Shown: positions 8,124 to 16,316 of the stretch, one piece after another | Layout: each line of letters starts with the position of its first letter | Numbering within the stretch: the stretch's first letter is position 1 | The notes under the pieces: model-generated | What the model was told of the DNA's origin: nothing | Database searches by the model: none | Seen by the model: only the letters and a program-made list of their open reading frames with translations | Translations under genes and position numbers: made by a program | Virus record (IMG/VR): IMGVR_UViG_3300024325_000003 | Location: 1 to 39,754 of that record | Direction: 5' to 3' (one strand) | From: a virus | Lineage: Duplodnaviria; Caudoviricetes | DNA: 39,754 nt

Positions 8124-9524
8124 TTAATTCTCCTTATAAGATTTTGGTAAAAATTGTTCAAATCCCTCTTGAACTGGCAACATTGATTCAACTGGTATAG
8201 CTTCAAAATAGCGATCCGATTCAGCGTAATTACAAGTAAAAGGTATAGTTCTAACGTCACCTAAAATTCTATTTTTAGCGACTATGACATGAATTTGTCC
8301 AGGGCTATCATTTTTGTCATAATATTCTGGTCTATGAAGTAATATACATGCATCTGCATCTTCTTCAATTGAACCAGATTCTCTAAAATCAGAAAGTTGA
8401 GGTCGGTTATTTGCTCTTCCAGTTACTTCACGATTTAGCTGACAAAGACAAACAACAGGAATTTTCAAATCTTTAGCTAATGCCTGTAAAGCTTTTGATA
8501 TTTCACTAATTTTGGAATGCATATTTGGATGTTTATTTTGAGTAGAAATCTGAGATAAATGATCAATAAAAAGCACATCGATGTTGTATGCAAATTTCCA
8601 CCTTCTTGCGCGAGCACAAAGTTTTTCAATTGATAAACCTCCTTGATCATCAGGGTAAAAAGGAATATTGCACATTGAAGGATAGACCGAAGCAAACCTT
8701 TCCCATTCTTCTGAACTTAAATTTCCTTCTTCATAACGTGCATATTTAACCCCGATATGCATGCATACAAGCTTTGCCATTATTTTATCGGCGGGCATTT
8801 CAAGGGAAAAGAAACCAATTTTATATTTAAACATCATATTTCTAAATAGATTTATAATAAAAGTGGTCTTACCCATAGATGTACGGGCACCAATGTAATA
8901 AATACAACTATTTTGAAAAGCTCCAATACATTTATCTAATTTTGAAAATCCTGTTGACACACCTTCAAAAGTTGGCAATCCTTCTGAAAATCTTTTAATT
9001 CTCCATTCAAGATCTTTCATAAAAGAACCTTGTTTGGAAAATTTTTCCATCAAATCCCTGGCAGAATAAGAAGTAGAGGAGGTTAAACCTTGACATTGAA
9101 TCAATTTTTCTTGATGGGAGAATAGAATTTTCTCTGGTTCAGCGTCATCTTTGCATGCCGAAACAATTAATTCCTGTGCTGCATAAACGGATTTTCTAAG
9201 AAATGTAACTTTTTTTAATTGTTCTATGAATTCTTCATATGGCATTCCAGACCAACCAGTAGATTCCACCACAAAAACATATTCTTTTGGAAGTTCTTTT
9301 GTAAGTTTATGCTGATCAAGAAAATGTAAAATTGGAAAAGTTTCAATAGCTCGATCTTCTTGCACAATCAACTGAAAAGCCTTAAAAAGTATTTGATGTT
9401 TTGGATTAAAGAAATCCGAGCTATCTAATTTCGTTAAGCATTCATTTGCAGCATCAAAGCTTTGAAAACATGAAGCAAGAACTAGGACTTCAAGTCTTTC
9501 ATTAATTGGGAGAGGTTTTTGCAT
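8124..9524 (-). CDS. dnaB: Replicative DNA helicase, DnaB family
   Basis: GARTSMGKTT Walker A, FFSLEM, FIDHL, CQLNR, LSDFRESGSIEEDAD, IVAKNR. Confidence 0.96.
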   Translation of the reverse strand: MQKPLPINERLEVLVLASCFQSFDAANECLTKLDSSDFFNPKHQILFKAFQLIVQEDRAIETFPILHFLDQHKLTKELPKEYVFVVESTGWSGMPYEEFIEQLKKVTFLRKSVYAAQELIVSACKDDAEPEKILFSHQEKLIQCQGLTSSTSYSARDLMEKFSKQGSFMKDLEWRIKRFSEGLPTFEGVSTGFSKLDKCIGAFQNSCIYYIGARTSMGKTTFIINLFRNMMFKYKIGFFSLEMPADKIMAKLVCMHIGVKYARYEEGNLSSEEWERFASVYPSMCNIPFYPDDQGGLSIEKLCARARRWKFAYNIDVLFIDHLSQISTQNKHPNMHSKISEISKALQALAKDLKIPVVCLCQLNREVTGRANNRPQLSDFRESGSIEEDADACILLHRPEYYDKNDSPGQIHVIVAKNRILGDVRTIPFTCNYAESDRYFEAIPVESMLPVQEGFEQFLPKSYKEN

Positions 9525-10227
9525 TTTTTACCTTAGATTTTTGTTTGATTTTAATATTTTCTATTTCAATTTTGAAATGCTTGTCTAACCATAAATCTGG
9601 AGTTTTCATCCATGAAATGTCTTTTTGATCAAGAAGATTAGTTAGGACATTACAAAGTGCAGGAGCATTTTCAATATAATAAGATTTGAGTTTGTACGGA
9701 GAGAACTTAAATTTTTTATACTCGCATTTTTCTAACAATAATCCAAAAGCCACCTCCTCATCCTCATTTTGAAAAGAAGGGGTGGGGGTAGTAGTTTCTT
9801 TATTCTTACTTCTTATATCTAGTTTGTGGTCGGGGTGCTGGTCGGGGTGCTGGTCGCTTTGCTGGTCGAAGTGCTGGTCGCTATTTTTATTAAAAGTACT
9901 TGTGACTAGTGTGAAAACAGTAAAAGTGCTGGTCGACTTGCTGGTCACCTTTTTGATAAAGATTAGACCAATTAGTTGTTTTATGCTGGTCCTTATAGTT
10001 CGATGTGATAATCCTGTTTCCTGGGAACACATATCTCTTCCGAACATAAATTCATATGGAGCAAGTTCAAGAATTGTAGATTTATTTTTTAAAGGAATTT
10101 TTTTGTGGTTAGGTGAAATTCTTTTCATGATGAATCTAATCATTTTCATCATAGCAGGGTCATTAATGAAATCATCACTTAAAAATTCTTCAGGAATTGG
10201 TATAAATCGATAAGGAATTTTAGACAT
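9502..10227 (-). CDS. Replication initiator (lambda O-like, N-terminal wHTH)
   Basis: Upstream of dnaB; ETGLSHRTIRTSIKQL HTH; internal iteron repeats. Confidence 0.8.
   Translation of the reverse strand: MSKIPYRFIPIPEEFLSDDFINDPAMMKMIRFIMKRISPNHKKIPLKNKSTILELAPYEFMFGRDMCSQETGLSHRTIRTSIKQLIGLIFIKKVTSKSTSTFTVFTLVTSTFNKNSDQHFDQQSDQHPDQHPDHKLDIRSKNKETTTPTPSFQNEDEEVAFGLLLEKCEYKKFKFSPYKLKSYYIENAPALCNVLTNLLDQKDISWMKTPDLWLDKHFKIEIENIKIKQKSKVKNAKTSPN
9825..9951. repeat. Probable replication origin iterons (12-bp unit, core GCTGGTCG)
   Basis: Five tandem units at 9825-9884, two more at 9928-9951 and a partial at 9985, all inside the initiator gene with AT-rich flanks, as in lambdoid ori. Confidence 0.8.
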
Positions 10228-10244
10228 AGCACCTCAAAAGAGAA

Positions 10245-10273
10245 TTGACGTTAATTCCCGGAGGCGCTACTAT
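10245..10273 (+). promoter_or_regulatory. Antisense sigma70 promoter
   Basis: TTGACG-17 nt-TACTAT. Confidence 0.7.
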
Positions 10274-10279
10274 GTGACT

Positions 10280-10348
10280 ATCACTTCGACATAGTTGTCT
10301 TCCAGGACAGCAAGAAAAGGCTGGCATTTTGCGATGCTGGCCTTTTTC
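10280..10348 (+). ncRNA. Putative antisense sRNA 1 (OOP/ctRNA-like)
   Basis: Lies between the promoter and an intrinsic terminator; no ORF; opposite the initiator leader. Confidence 0.55.
10315..10348 (+). terminator. Rho-independent terminator
   Basis: GGCTGGCAT-tttgcg-ATGCTGGCC-TTTTT; G-U pairs form only on the + strand. Confidence 0.75.
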
Positions 10349-10386
10349 ATTTAGCACTCTATCAATTTGCGTTATTAATGTCATCT

Positions 10387-10692
10387 TCATTCTCTCTCAT
10401 CATCTTGTAAGTGATTTTTTAGGCAAAACCAATGAAGGTTATCTTCTTCAATTTGTAGTCCTAATGGCTTGATTAAAATGCCTTTTTTGTCTTCGTGCGT
10501 TAAGATAAATCCTTGTTCTTCTAGTATTCGGAATTCTTCCGAAAAATCTCCTATAGCATAATCTGCAATGGCAATAGGTTTACATCCCAATCCAACATAC
10601 ATACTAATCAAGGATAATAGATTAAAGTATGTAGATTCATTTTGATGATAAATACGATCAAAGCATTTAGGACAATATCCGATTGTAGTCAT
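10387..10692 (-). CDS. Hypothetical winged-helix-like protein
   Basis: FRILEEQGFILTHEDKKGILIKP pattern; ATGA coupling. Confidence 0.6.
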   Translation of the reverse strand: MTTIGYCPKCFDRIYHQNESTYFNLLSLISMYVGLGCKPIAIADYAIGDFSEEFRILEEQGFILTHEDKKGILIKPLGLQIEEDNLHWFCLKNHLQDDERE

Positions 10693-10988
10693 GGTGTGAG
10701 AGTGTTATCGTCGTAATCCCAATTTACTAGCTCAATCAAAAACCCTTGTTCACATGGGTGTGAGCTAACTAAACCTTCTTTGACTAATGAAAGCAAATTA
10801 TGAGAAAAAGATTGACGAGAATTACAGAAAACTTCTCTGACTTTGTCAAAAGGAATGAAAATTCTATTCTTTTTTTGGGGAAGTCTCCATAAAGTTATAT
10901 AGTCTGTTGCAGCTTTTGGGCAGTTCTTACAAACCTGCTCCCAGTACATTGTAGGAGGGAAAACGAGCTTTTCGTGGCCATCTTTCAT
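10689..10988 (-). CDS. Hypothetical winged-helix-like protein
   Basis: NLLSLVKEGLVSSHPCEQGFLIEL pattern; SD AAGGA. Confidence 0.6.
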   Translation of the reverse strand: MKDGHEKLVFPPTMYWEQVCKNCPKAATDYITLWRLPQKKNRIFIPFDKVREVFCNSRQSFSHNLLSLVKEGLVSSHPCEQGFLIELVNWDYDDNTLTP

Positions 10989-11065
10989 ACATAATTTCCT
11001 TGTAAAGTAATTATTTTAATTTAAGGAAATGTAGATAAAAAAACACGAATGACATATAAGTTATG

Positions 11066-11127
11066 ACAATGTGGTTCTACATTATCCCCGAGGGCCAGCT
11101 CCGGCAAAGAGATGGTCCTCATTTTTT
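11066..11127 (+). ncRNA. Putative antisense sRNA 2
   Basis: TAGATA-17-TATAAG (11032-11060), small hairpin AATGT/ACATT, terminator GAGGGCCA...TGGTCCTC-ATTTTTT. Confidence 0.45.
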
Positions 11128-11162
11128 GCATTAGTCTTGAATAGTTCTTTTAAGACTTATTT

Positions 11163-11399
11163 TCAAGACAATTTGGCTTCTTTCTTTTTCTTCAGAGTGG
11201 AAGGTTTTTCCTTATAATTATTAATCAAATCCATGACACTCACTTCTCCTTTTGTATAATCTTCAATTGCCATTGCAGTTACTATTGTGAAGGCTTTTCC
11301 ATTAATAATGTTGTTTAATGTTAGAGGATCGATTCCAACTGCTTTGGCGAAAAATCCTTTTTTTATGCCTTTTTCTTTTATGTACTGAGCTAAATCCAT
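11163..11399 (-). CDS. Cro/XRE-family HTH regulator
   Basis: MDLAQYIKEKGIKKGFFAKAVGIDPLTLNNII...AMAIEDYTKGEVSVMDL (Cro/YdaS-like); ATG at 11399 after AAGGA. Confidence 0.85.
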   Translation of the reverse strand: MDLAQYIKEKGIKKGFFAKAVGIDPLTLNNIINGKAFTIVTAMAIEDYTKGEVSVMDLINNYKEKPSTLKKKKEAKLS

Positions 11400-11490
11400 A
11401 TTTTTTTCCTTACTTTTAATTATTTCTTGCGTTAAATTCACATATCGGATACATTAAATTCTATGAAAGCAATTAATGTCAAGGAGGAAT

Positions 11491-11667
11491 ATGACAGCCA
11501 TAGAAGAATTAATAGAAACATCGAATCTCTTATGTAAGAGGCTTGATGAAGTAGCGAACGAAGATAAACGTTTGTGCGACAAGATTGCATTACAGCTTGA
11601 AAGATATAGCTGGGAAATGTATAGAATGGCGAATGACCTTAAATCAATGCAGGAGTACATGTTATGA
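11491..11667 (+). CDS. Hypothetical coiled-coil protein
   Basis: ATG after AAGGAGG; divergent from cro. Confidence 0.65.
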   Translation: MTAIEELIETSNLLCKRLDEVANEDKRLCDKIALQLERYSWEMYRMANDLKSMQEYML

Positions 11668-11975
11668 GAGATGAACCAGATTACTCAGAAGATCATCAAC
11701 AAGAGTTGATTGAAAATGAGATGCATAATTACGCACAAGACGTTAGATGGGTTGTAGGTAAAGTTATGCATCCCAAGTATGTGGACGATTTTATTGTATT
11801 ATTGGCTAACTCTTTTTTCGAGGAAGATTGTAGCGCAGTAAGATTAGCAGATGGCTTAGGTTTAAGTCTATTGGATTTATTAGCTATTAAGGGCGATTAT
11901 GCTTGTTTTAAAGAGCTTTACTTGAAAGAAGTTGAAGATAGAATTGGTGAGGTTACGTATGACAGCATGCAATAA
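11664..11975 (+). CDS. Hypothetical protein
   Basis: SD GGAG; ATGA overlap. Confidence 0.65.
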   Translation: MRDEPDYSEDHQQELIENEMHNYAQDVRWVVGKVMHPKYVDDFIVLLANSFFEEDCSAVRLADGLGLSLLDLLAIKGDYACFKELYLKEVEDRIGEVTYDSMQ

Positions 11976-12063
11976 CTGCGGATGCAAGGTATTGATTGTG
12001 TATAAGTCGACATGCATATGTTTGGCTTGTAAGGCTACATATAGCAAAGTTGGTGTAGCGTGA
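11959..12063 (+). CDS. Zn-ribbon microprotein (34 aa)
   Basis: MTACNNCGCKVLIVYKSTCICLACKATYSKVGVA; SD GAGGT; GTGA coupling. Confidence 0.55.
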   Translation: MTACNNCGCKVLIVYKSTCICLACKATYSKVGVA

Positions 12064-12632
12064 GTGAAATTATCCGTGAAGGCTTCGATAGAGTAACTTC
12101 AGTTTTGTCCTTTGCTTCTGGTATGGATAAGATCCCGCCAGAAGTATTAGCCAACGCTTGTGCAAGAGGCTCAGCTGTGCACAACGCAATTGATGGCATC
12201 ATTAAAAACCTTGGAGACTTCTCAGAACCAGAACACCAAGGTTATATTAATTCCTTCAAACTATGGGCTGCGGATAAGAAGTTATTGCCTGCCCCTCCTC
12301 GTTTCTATTGCGATGAGCTTATGATTACCGGGGAAATTGATTGTTATATTCCTCCTAATGTTCACCCTTTAGATCCTGGTTGGATTGTGGATTTTAAAAC
12401 TTCTGCAAAAGAAAGTAAAATGTGGTCCCTTCAGGCAACTGCTTATAGATATTTAGCTAATTTGAAAGGATATGAAATTCATGGATGTATATTCATAAAG
12501 CTTGATAAGAACGGATTATACCCTGAAATTTATGAATATGAATACGATTTTTCCTTATTCAAGGCATACCTAGACGTATACCGTCACAGCTTTAAAAATG
12601 GGAAAGAAGAAATTAACATCGAGGATTTATAA
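12060..12632 (+). CDS. PD-(D/E)XK exonuclease (RecB/lambda-exo-like)
   Basis: RVTSVL, RGSAVH, TGEID, IVDFKTS, LQATAY motifs. Confidence 0.85.
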   Translation: MSEIIREGFDRVTSVLSFASGMDKIPPEVLANACARGSAVHNAIDGIIKNLGDFSEPEHQGYINSFKLWAADKKLLPAPPRFYCDELMITGEIDCYIPPNVHPLDPGWIVDFKTSAKESKMWSLQATAYRYLANLKGYEIHGCIFIKLDKNGLYPEIYEYEYDFSLFKAYLDVYRHSFKNGKEEINIEDL

Positions 12633-12658
12633 AAAAGGCCGGGTAACAACTCCCGGCC
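12631..12658 (-). terminator. Rho-independent terminator on the minus strand
   Basis: GGCCGGG/CCCGGCC stem with the T6 tract only on the minus strand. Confidence 0.7.
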
Positions 12659-12692
12659 CAAGAACATTAACCAAAACAATAGGAGTCTATCT

Positions 12693-12782
12693 ATGAAAGT
12701 CATGCCGACCAGGATTCCCCAATCCATGCGTGATTATCCATTTGATGAGACATCCTTGATACTATTAACCAACACGATTTAA
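12693..12782 (+). CDS. Possible leader/micro-ORF (29 aa)
   Basis: AGGAG SD; MKVMPTRIPQSMRDYPFDETSLILLTNTI. Confidence 0.35.
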   Translation: MKVMPTRIPQSMRDYPFDETSLILLTNTI

Positions 12783-12795
12783 CACAAGGATTTTT

Positions 12796-13551
12796 ATGAC
12801 AGAAAATTTACCCTCTTTAATGCCATCTAATTCAGATTTTCAAGTCTTGCAGATGATTGCTGATAATGCTTCTAAATCTGGTTTATATGCTGGTGTTGGA
12901 AGTCAACAGAAAATATTAATGGTTCTTATGACTGCTAGAGAACTAGGAATTCCTCCTATGCAAGCTTTAAATGGTGGTATTCATAACATACAAGGAAAAG
13001 TAGAAATATCAGCAAGGCTTATGTGTTCAATGATTCGTCGTGCTGGTCATAATATAAACATTATTCAATGTGATTCTAAAGTATGTGTCCTTGAAGGAAA
13101 GCGTAAAGATAATGGCGATACTTTTAAGGCTCAATTTACGATTGAAGATGCTGCGAAAGCAGGATTATCTTCTAGAGATGTTTGGAAAAAATATACAGAA
13201 GATATGCTTTATAGTAGAGCTTTGAGTAGATTAGCTAGGAGATTATTTGCTGACGTTATAGGAACAAGCTATATTGAGGGTGAAATTAGTCTTGCTGAAG
13301 TGGATATAATCGATACAGGATTGAAAGACGATGCACCAATACCTGAAATTGAGATAGATCCAATGCCTAAATTATTAGAACTATGCCCAAGAGAGGATCA
13401 TGCAATGATTATTCAATACATTGATATGCTTGCTGACACATACAAGCAAAAGACAAAAGTTCAGCTTATACATAATTGTATAGAGAAGTTCGAGAAGTTT
13501 CAGGAGAATTTTAACACATGGAAGATCAATCAACTAGCGGAAGGTAAGTAA
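12796..13551 (+). CDS. recT: RecT/Red-beta-like ssDNA annealing recombinase
   Basis: ARELGIPPMQAL, FTIEDAAKAGL, WKKYTEDMLYSRALSRLAR; follows the exonuclease. Confidence 0.85.
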   Translation: MTENLPSLMPSNSDFQVLQMIADNASKSGLYAGVGSQQKILMVLMTARELGIPPMQALNGGIHNIQGKVEISARLMCSMIRRAGHNINIIQCDSKVCVLEGKRKDNGDTFKAQFTIEDAAKAGLSSRDVWKKYTEDMLYSRALSRLARRLFADVIGTSYIEGEISLAEVDIIDTGLKDDAPIPEIEIDPMPKLLELCPREDHAMIIQYIDMLADTYKQKTKVQLIHNCIEKFEKFQENFNTWKINQLAEGK

Positions 13552-13836
13552 TCAATCTTCCAAAACAGCCAAAATCTCATCTTCAGAGATAATCAAATAC
13601 TCGTCATTTGTATCATCTACAGTGACGGGTGTTCCTGCATACATCGGGAATATCACTTTATCATTTATTGCTACTTCCATAGGCATAACATAACCTTCTT
13701 TGGATAATCTCCCTGGACCACTTGCTTTAACATATCCGGTCTTTACCTTCTCATCAGATTTAAGAAGAAGTAAACTACCTTTGATATTTTCTTTGACATA
13801 TATTTTTACAAGTAATCGATTACCTAATGGTGACAT
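13552..13836 (-). CDS. groES: Co-chaperonin GroES (Cpn10)
   Basis: PLGNRLLVK, ASGPG, VAINDKVIFPMYAGTPV, EYLIISEDEILAV. Confidence 0.92.
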   Translation of the reverse strand: MSPLGNRLLVKIYVKENIKGSLLLLKSDEKVKTGYVKASGPGRLSKEGYVMPMEVAINDKVIFPMYAGTPVTVDDTNDEYLIISEDEILAVLED

Positions 13837-13843
13837 TGTTTAC

Positions 13844-14050
13844 CTATTTCGCTGGTGCTGATGCTTTTGGATCTTTATTTAATACATCGACAGATACATG
13901 CACATCGACATCATCGTTTACAAAAGCTTCTTTATCTACATTCACTTCAATCACATTATTCGTTAAAACATCGTCGGCATCCTTAAAAAAGGAATCCATT
14001 CCGGCACAGGAAGAAAGTAAGCTAAGCATAGCAATCTGTATAAGTTTCAT
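13844..14050 (-). CDS. Small lipoprotein
   Basis: Signal peptide with lipobox LLSS-C; SD GAGG. Confidence 0.75.
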   Translation of the reverse strand: MKLIQIAMLSLLSSCAGMDSFFKDADDVLTNNVIEVNVDKEAFVNDDVDVHVSVDVLNKDPKASAPAK

Positions 14051-14095
14051 GTTTTCCTCAAGTAAAGTATATCTAATCTATTTACTAAATTTAAG

Positions 14096-14200
14096 CTACA
14101 TAAGCCACAAACCACCCACAATAATCACGATTAGCATGCCTAGCACTACGCAGGCAATGCCGAACATTACTGTGTCTGATTCGTCGTTTGGAATCTGCAT
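14096..14200 (-). CDS. Single-TM micropeptide (34 aa)
   Basis: MQIPNDESDTVMFGIACVVLGMLIVIIVGGLWLM; SD GGAGGT. Confidence 0.7.
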   Translation of the reverse strand: MQIPNDESDTVMFGIACVVLGMLIVIIVGGLWLM

Positions 14201-14236
14201 AACACCTCCAATGTAAAACGGCTTTACATCAAGATA

Positions 14237-14323
14237 CTACTTTTTCTTTTTCTCATGCTCTTTTTTGTGTTCTTTTTTCATCTTCTCATCTTTCTTTTCA
14301 TGCTTTTCTTCTTTCTTTTTCAT
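14237..14323 (-). CDS. K/E/H-rich charged micropeptide (28 aa)
   Basis: MKKKEEKHEKKDEKMKKEHKKEHEKKKK; SD AGGA. Confidence 0.6.
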   Translation of the reverse strand: MKKKEEKHEKKDEKMKKEHKKEHEKKKK

Positions 14324-14328
14324 ATATC

Positions 14329-14523
14329 CTACTTCTTTTGTGATGTTGATTTATGTGCTTGTAATATTGCTATGGCTGCATCTATAGCCGCATCCCTTGA
14401 ATTACCATCTACCATATATTCTGAGCTAAATTTTTCAATTAAATCTTCCATAAGACTTAAAATACCTGACATATGTCCGATGCCTGCTTTGGCATTGATG
14501 AGAGCAAATAAAGCGTCTAACAT
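14329..14523 (-). CDS. Hypothetical helical protein (64 aa)
   Basis: ATG at 14523 after AAGGA; MLDALFALINAK... Confidence 0.65.
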   Translation of the reverse strand: MLDALFALINAKAGIGHMSGILSLMEDLIEKFSSEYMVDGNSRDAAIDAAIAILQAHKSTSQKK

Positions 14524-14524
14524 A

Positions 14525-14689
14525 TTATTTTCCTTTGGCTTTACGAGATTCTGAGAGGGCAATTGCGACTGCTTGGGGTTTGCTTGTAACCTTAGGGCCC
14601 TTTTTAGAGCCACTATGAAGCTTGCCATGTTTGAATTCTCCCATTACTTTTGAGATCTTTTTTTCTGCTTTATCTTTTTTGTGTGGCAT
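14525..14689 (-). CDS. DUF6496-like small basic phage protein
   Basis: KISKVMGEFKHGKLHSGSKKGPKVTSKPQAVAIALSESRK signature. Confidence 0.8.
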   Translation of the reverse strand: MPHKKDKAEKKISKVMGEFKHGKLHSGSKKGPKVTSKPQAVAIALSESRKAKGK

Positions 14690-14715
14690 GTTAACTTCCT
14701 GTCGGTTCATGAAAT

Positions 14716-14765
14716 GGCGGTACGGATGCCGCCTTTAAAACGTGCCCCTGAATGCGCTCAGGGGC
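14716..14765. terminator. Tandem GC-rich hairpins
   Basis: GGCGGTA/TGCCGCC and GCCCCTGA/TCAGGGGC stems between the tail operon and the small-gene cluster. Confidence 0.5.
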
Positions 14766-14785
14766 TCACATACTAAGGAGAGTAT

Positions 14786-14974
14786 ATGTTAAATTCATAT
14801 ATACCATACATACCAATTACTGAAAAAGAATATATAGAAATTAATTTAAATAATTGCTGCATGGAATATTCTGCTCTAGATAAGGAAGAGAAAAAAGGCT
14901 CGAAGGGAGCATACATTCAAGGGAAATTACATGGTTATGGCGATATTTATTGGAAATATTACGCTCAGGATTAA
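14786..14974 (+). CDS. Hypothetical protein (62 aa)
   Basis: SD TAAGGAG. Confidence 0.55.
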   Translation: MLNSYIPYIPITEKEYIEINLNNCCMEYSALDKEEKKGSKGAYIQGKLHGYGDIYWKYYAQD

Positions 14975-16293
14975 CCTACGCGAGTCGCAGAAATCCTACC
15001 ATATAATTTTAAAGTTCCAACTGTATAATTTCCTCCACCTGTAAGATATACAGTTGTAGTAGCAGCACTTAATGTTAATCTATATGCAGGTATAACTCCA
15101 AAAACATCGGCAGACGCTGTTTGTAAAGGAGGTGAGAAAACTAAATTATCTCCAGCCGTTCCATTAGTTCCTGTTGTAGTTACAATACTTCCATATAATA
15201 ATGTTCCTGTTAGTGCTCCATTGGTCCAACCAATTAAACCGCTAACATCCCAAATACCTGCTGTAAGAGATATACTAGTTATATTTGTTGTTGCTGTATT
15301 AGCAGAGGAAACGGCAGATCCTTGAACGACTGCTGATCTAATTTGTTCACCAATAAAACCAGCTGGTGGGGCTGTATTGGTAGCCGTTCCTCTATATTGT
15401 CCAAGATTATTACCAACCTGAATGTTAATTTGGGAACTTCCCGCATTGATTGTATTTACTAAAAATGTTCCCATTTCTGAAGATGCGGTATTTACAGATA
15501 CTTGTGCCTGTATTGATGCAAATGTTTTTTTAGCCGGTGTAGAGTTTTGAGCGTTAAAATCAAGTTCATAGGCATAATCTGTCGCAACAGTCGCAGCATC
15601 ATGATATAAATCAATTAAAGGTATTGTTCCATGAGCAACTCCATTATCAAGTGCTAATGCAGTTTGGCTGTTAGATCCAATTGTAACAGTTGTAGCTCCG
15701 CTATTTACACCAATGGCTGGGGATGCTGTTATAGAAGGCACACCAGAGCTAGAAGTATTTAATATACCATTATTTGCAGTGGCCAAAGCTGACATCACGT
15801 TTGCCGATGATGCATATAATAATGTATTAATCGCATTTGTATTAGGATAGGTGGATGTTGTAGCAACCCAGTTTGTACCATCAGCACGTAATAAAGTACC
15901 GGTTCCAGTCGCTGTGGAAGGAAATGTAGCTGTTGAATATGTAGGATTAGCTGAAGCACCACCCGATTGCAAGACTTGGCCAGAACTTCCAGCTGCGGTT
16001 GCAGTCACTGGACTTGTGCCTTGACCTATTAAAACTCCATGATTTGTTAATGTATTTACACCTGTACCGCCACCAGAAGGTGAAACAGTTCCAAAAGAAG
16101 GATTACTGGAAGCACCATTTGATATTAACGCTAAACCTAAAGTTGCACTTGGAGCTATACTTGTAACTGAATTTGAGGCTCCTCCAACAAGCACGTTATT
16201 ATTTGTAATCACGCTACCAGTGAAAATTGATACACCATCGAAAGCTACTAATCCCGCTTGAGATATATTTAAGGCATTAGCTGGTCTAGACAT
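14971..16293 (-). CDS. Tail fibre / receptor-binding protein
   Basis: G/S/T/A-rich shaft (GGTG, GQVLQSGGASANP); C-terminal SISLTAGIWDVS...ISATRVG head domain. Confidence 0.75.
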   Translation of the reverse strand: MSRPANALNISQAGLVAFDGVSIFTGSVITNNNVLVGGASNSVTSIAPSATLGLALISNGASSNPSFGTVSPSGGGTGVNTLTNHGVLIGQGTSPVTATAAGSSGQVLQSGGASANPTYSTATFPSTATGTGTLLRADGTNWVATTSTYPNTNAINTLLYASSANVMSALATANNGILNTSSSGVPSITASPAIGVNSGATTVTIGSNSQTALALDNGVAHGTIPLIDLYHDAATVATDYAYELDFNAQNSTPAKKTFASIQAQVSVNTASSEMGTFLVNTINAGSSQINIQVGNNLGQYRGTATNTAPPAGFIGEQIRSAVVQGSAVSSANTATTNITSISLTAGIWDVSGLIGWTNGALTGTLLYGSIVTTTGTNGTAGDNLVFSPPLQTASADVFGVIPAYRLTLSAATTTVYLTGGGNYTVGTLKLYGRISATRVG

Positions 16294-16316
16294 TTTTTAT
16301 CCCATTTAATATATTT

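Noticed and set aside
9825-9951. CRISPR array or mini-array
   Set aside because: 12-bp tandem units without unique spacers, in frame within the initiator; fits iterons
9782-10213. 143-aa + strand ORF with CWS repeats
   Set aside because: Antisense shadow of the initiator and iterons
14255-14554. Phe-rich + strand membrane ORF
   Set aside because: Reverse complement of the Lys/Glu-rich minus-strand genes
14716-14765. tRNA or tRNA fragment
   Set aside because: Two simple hairpins; no cloverleaf, T-loop or CCA
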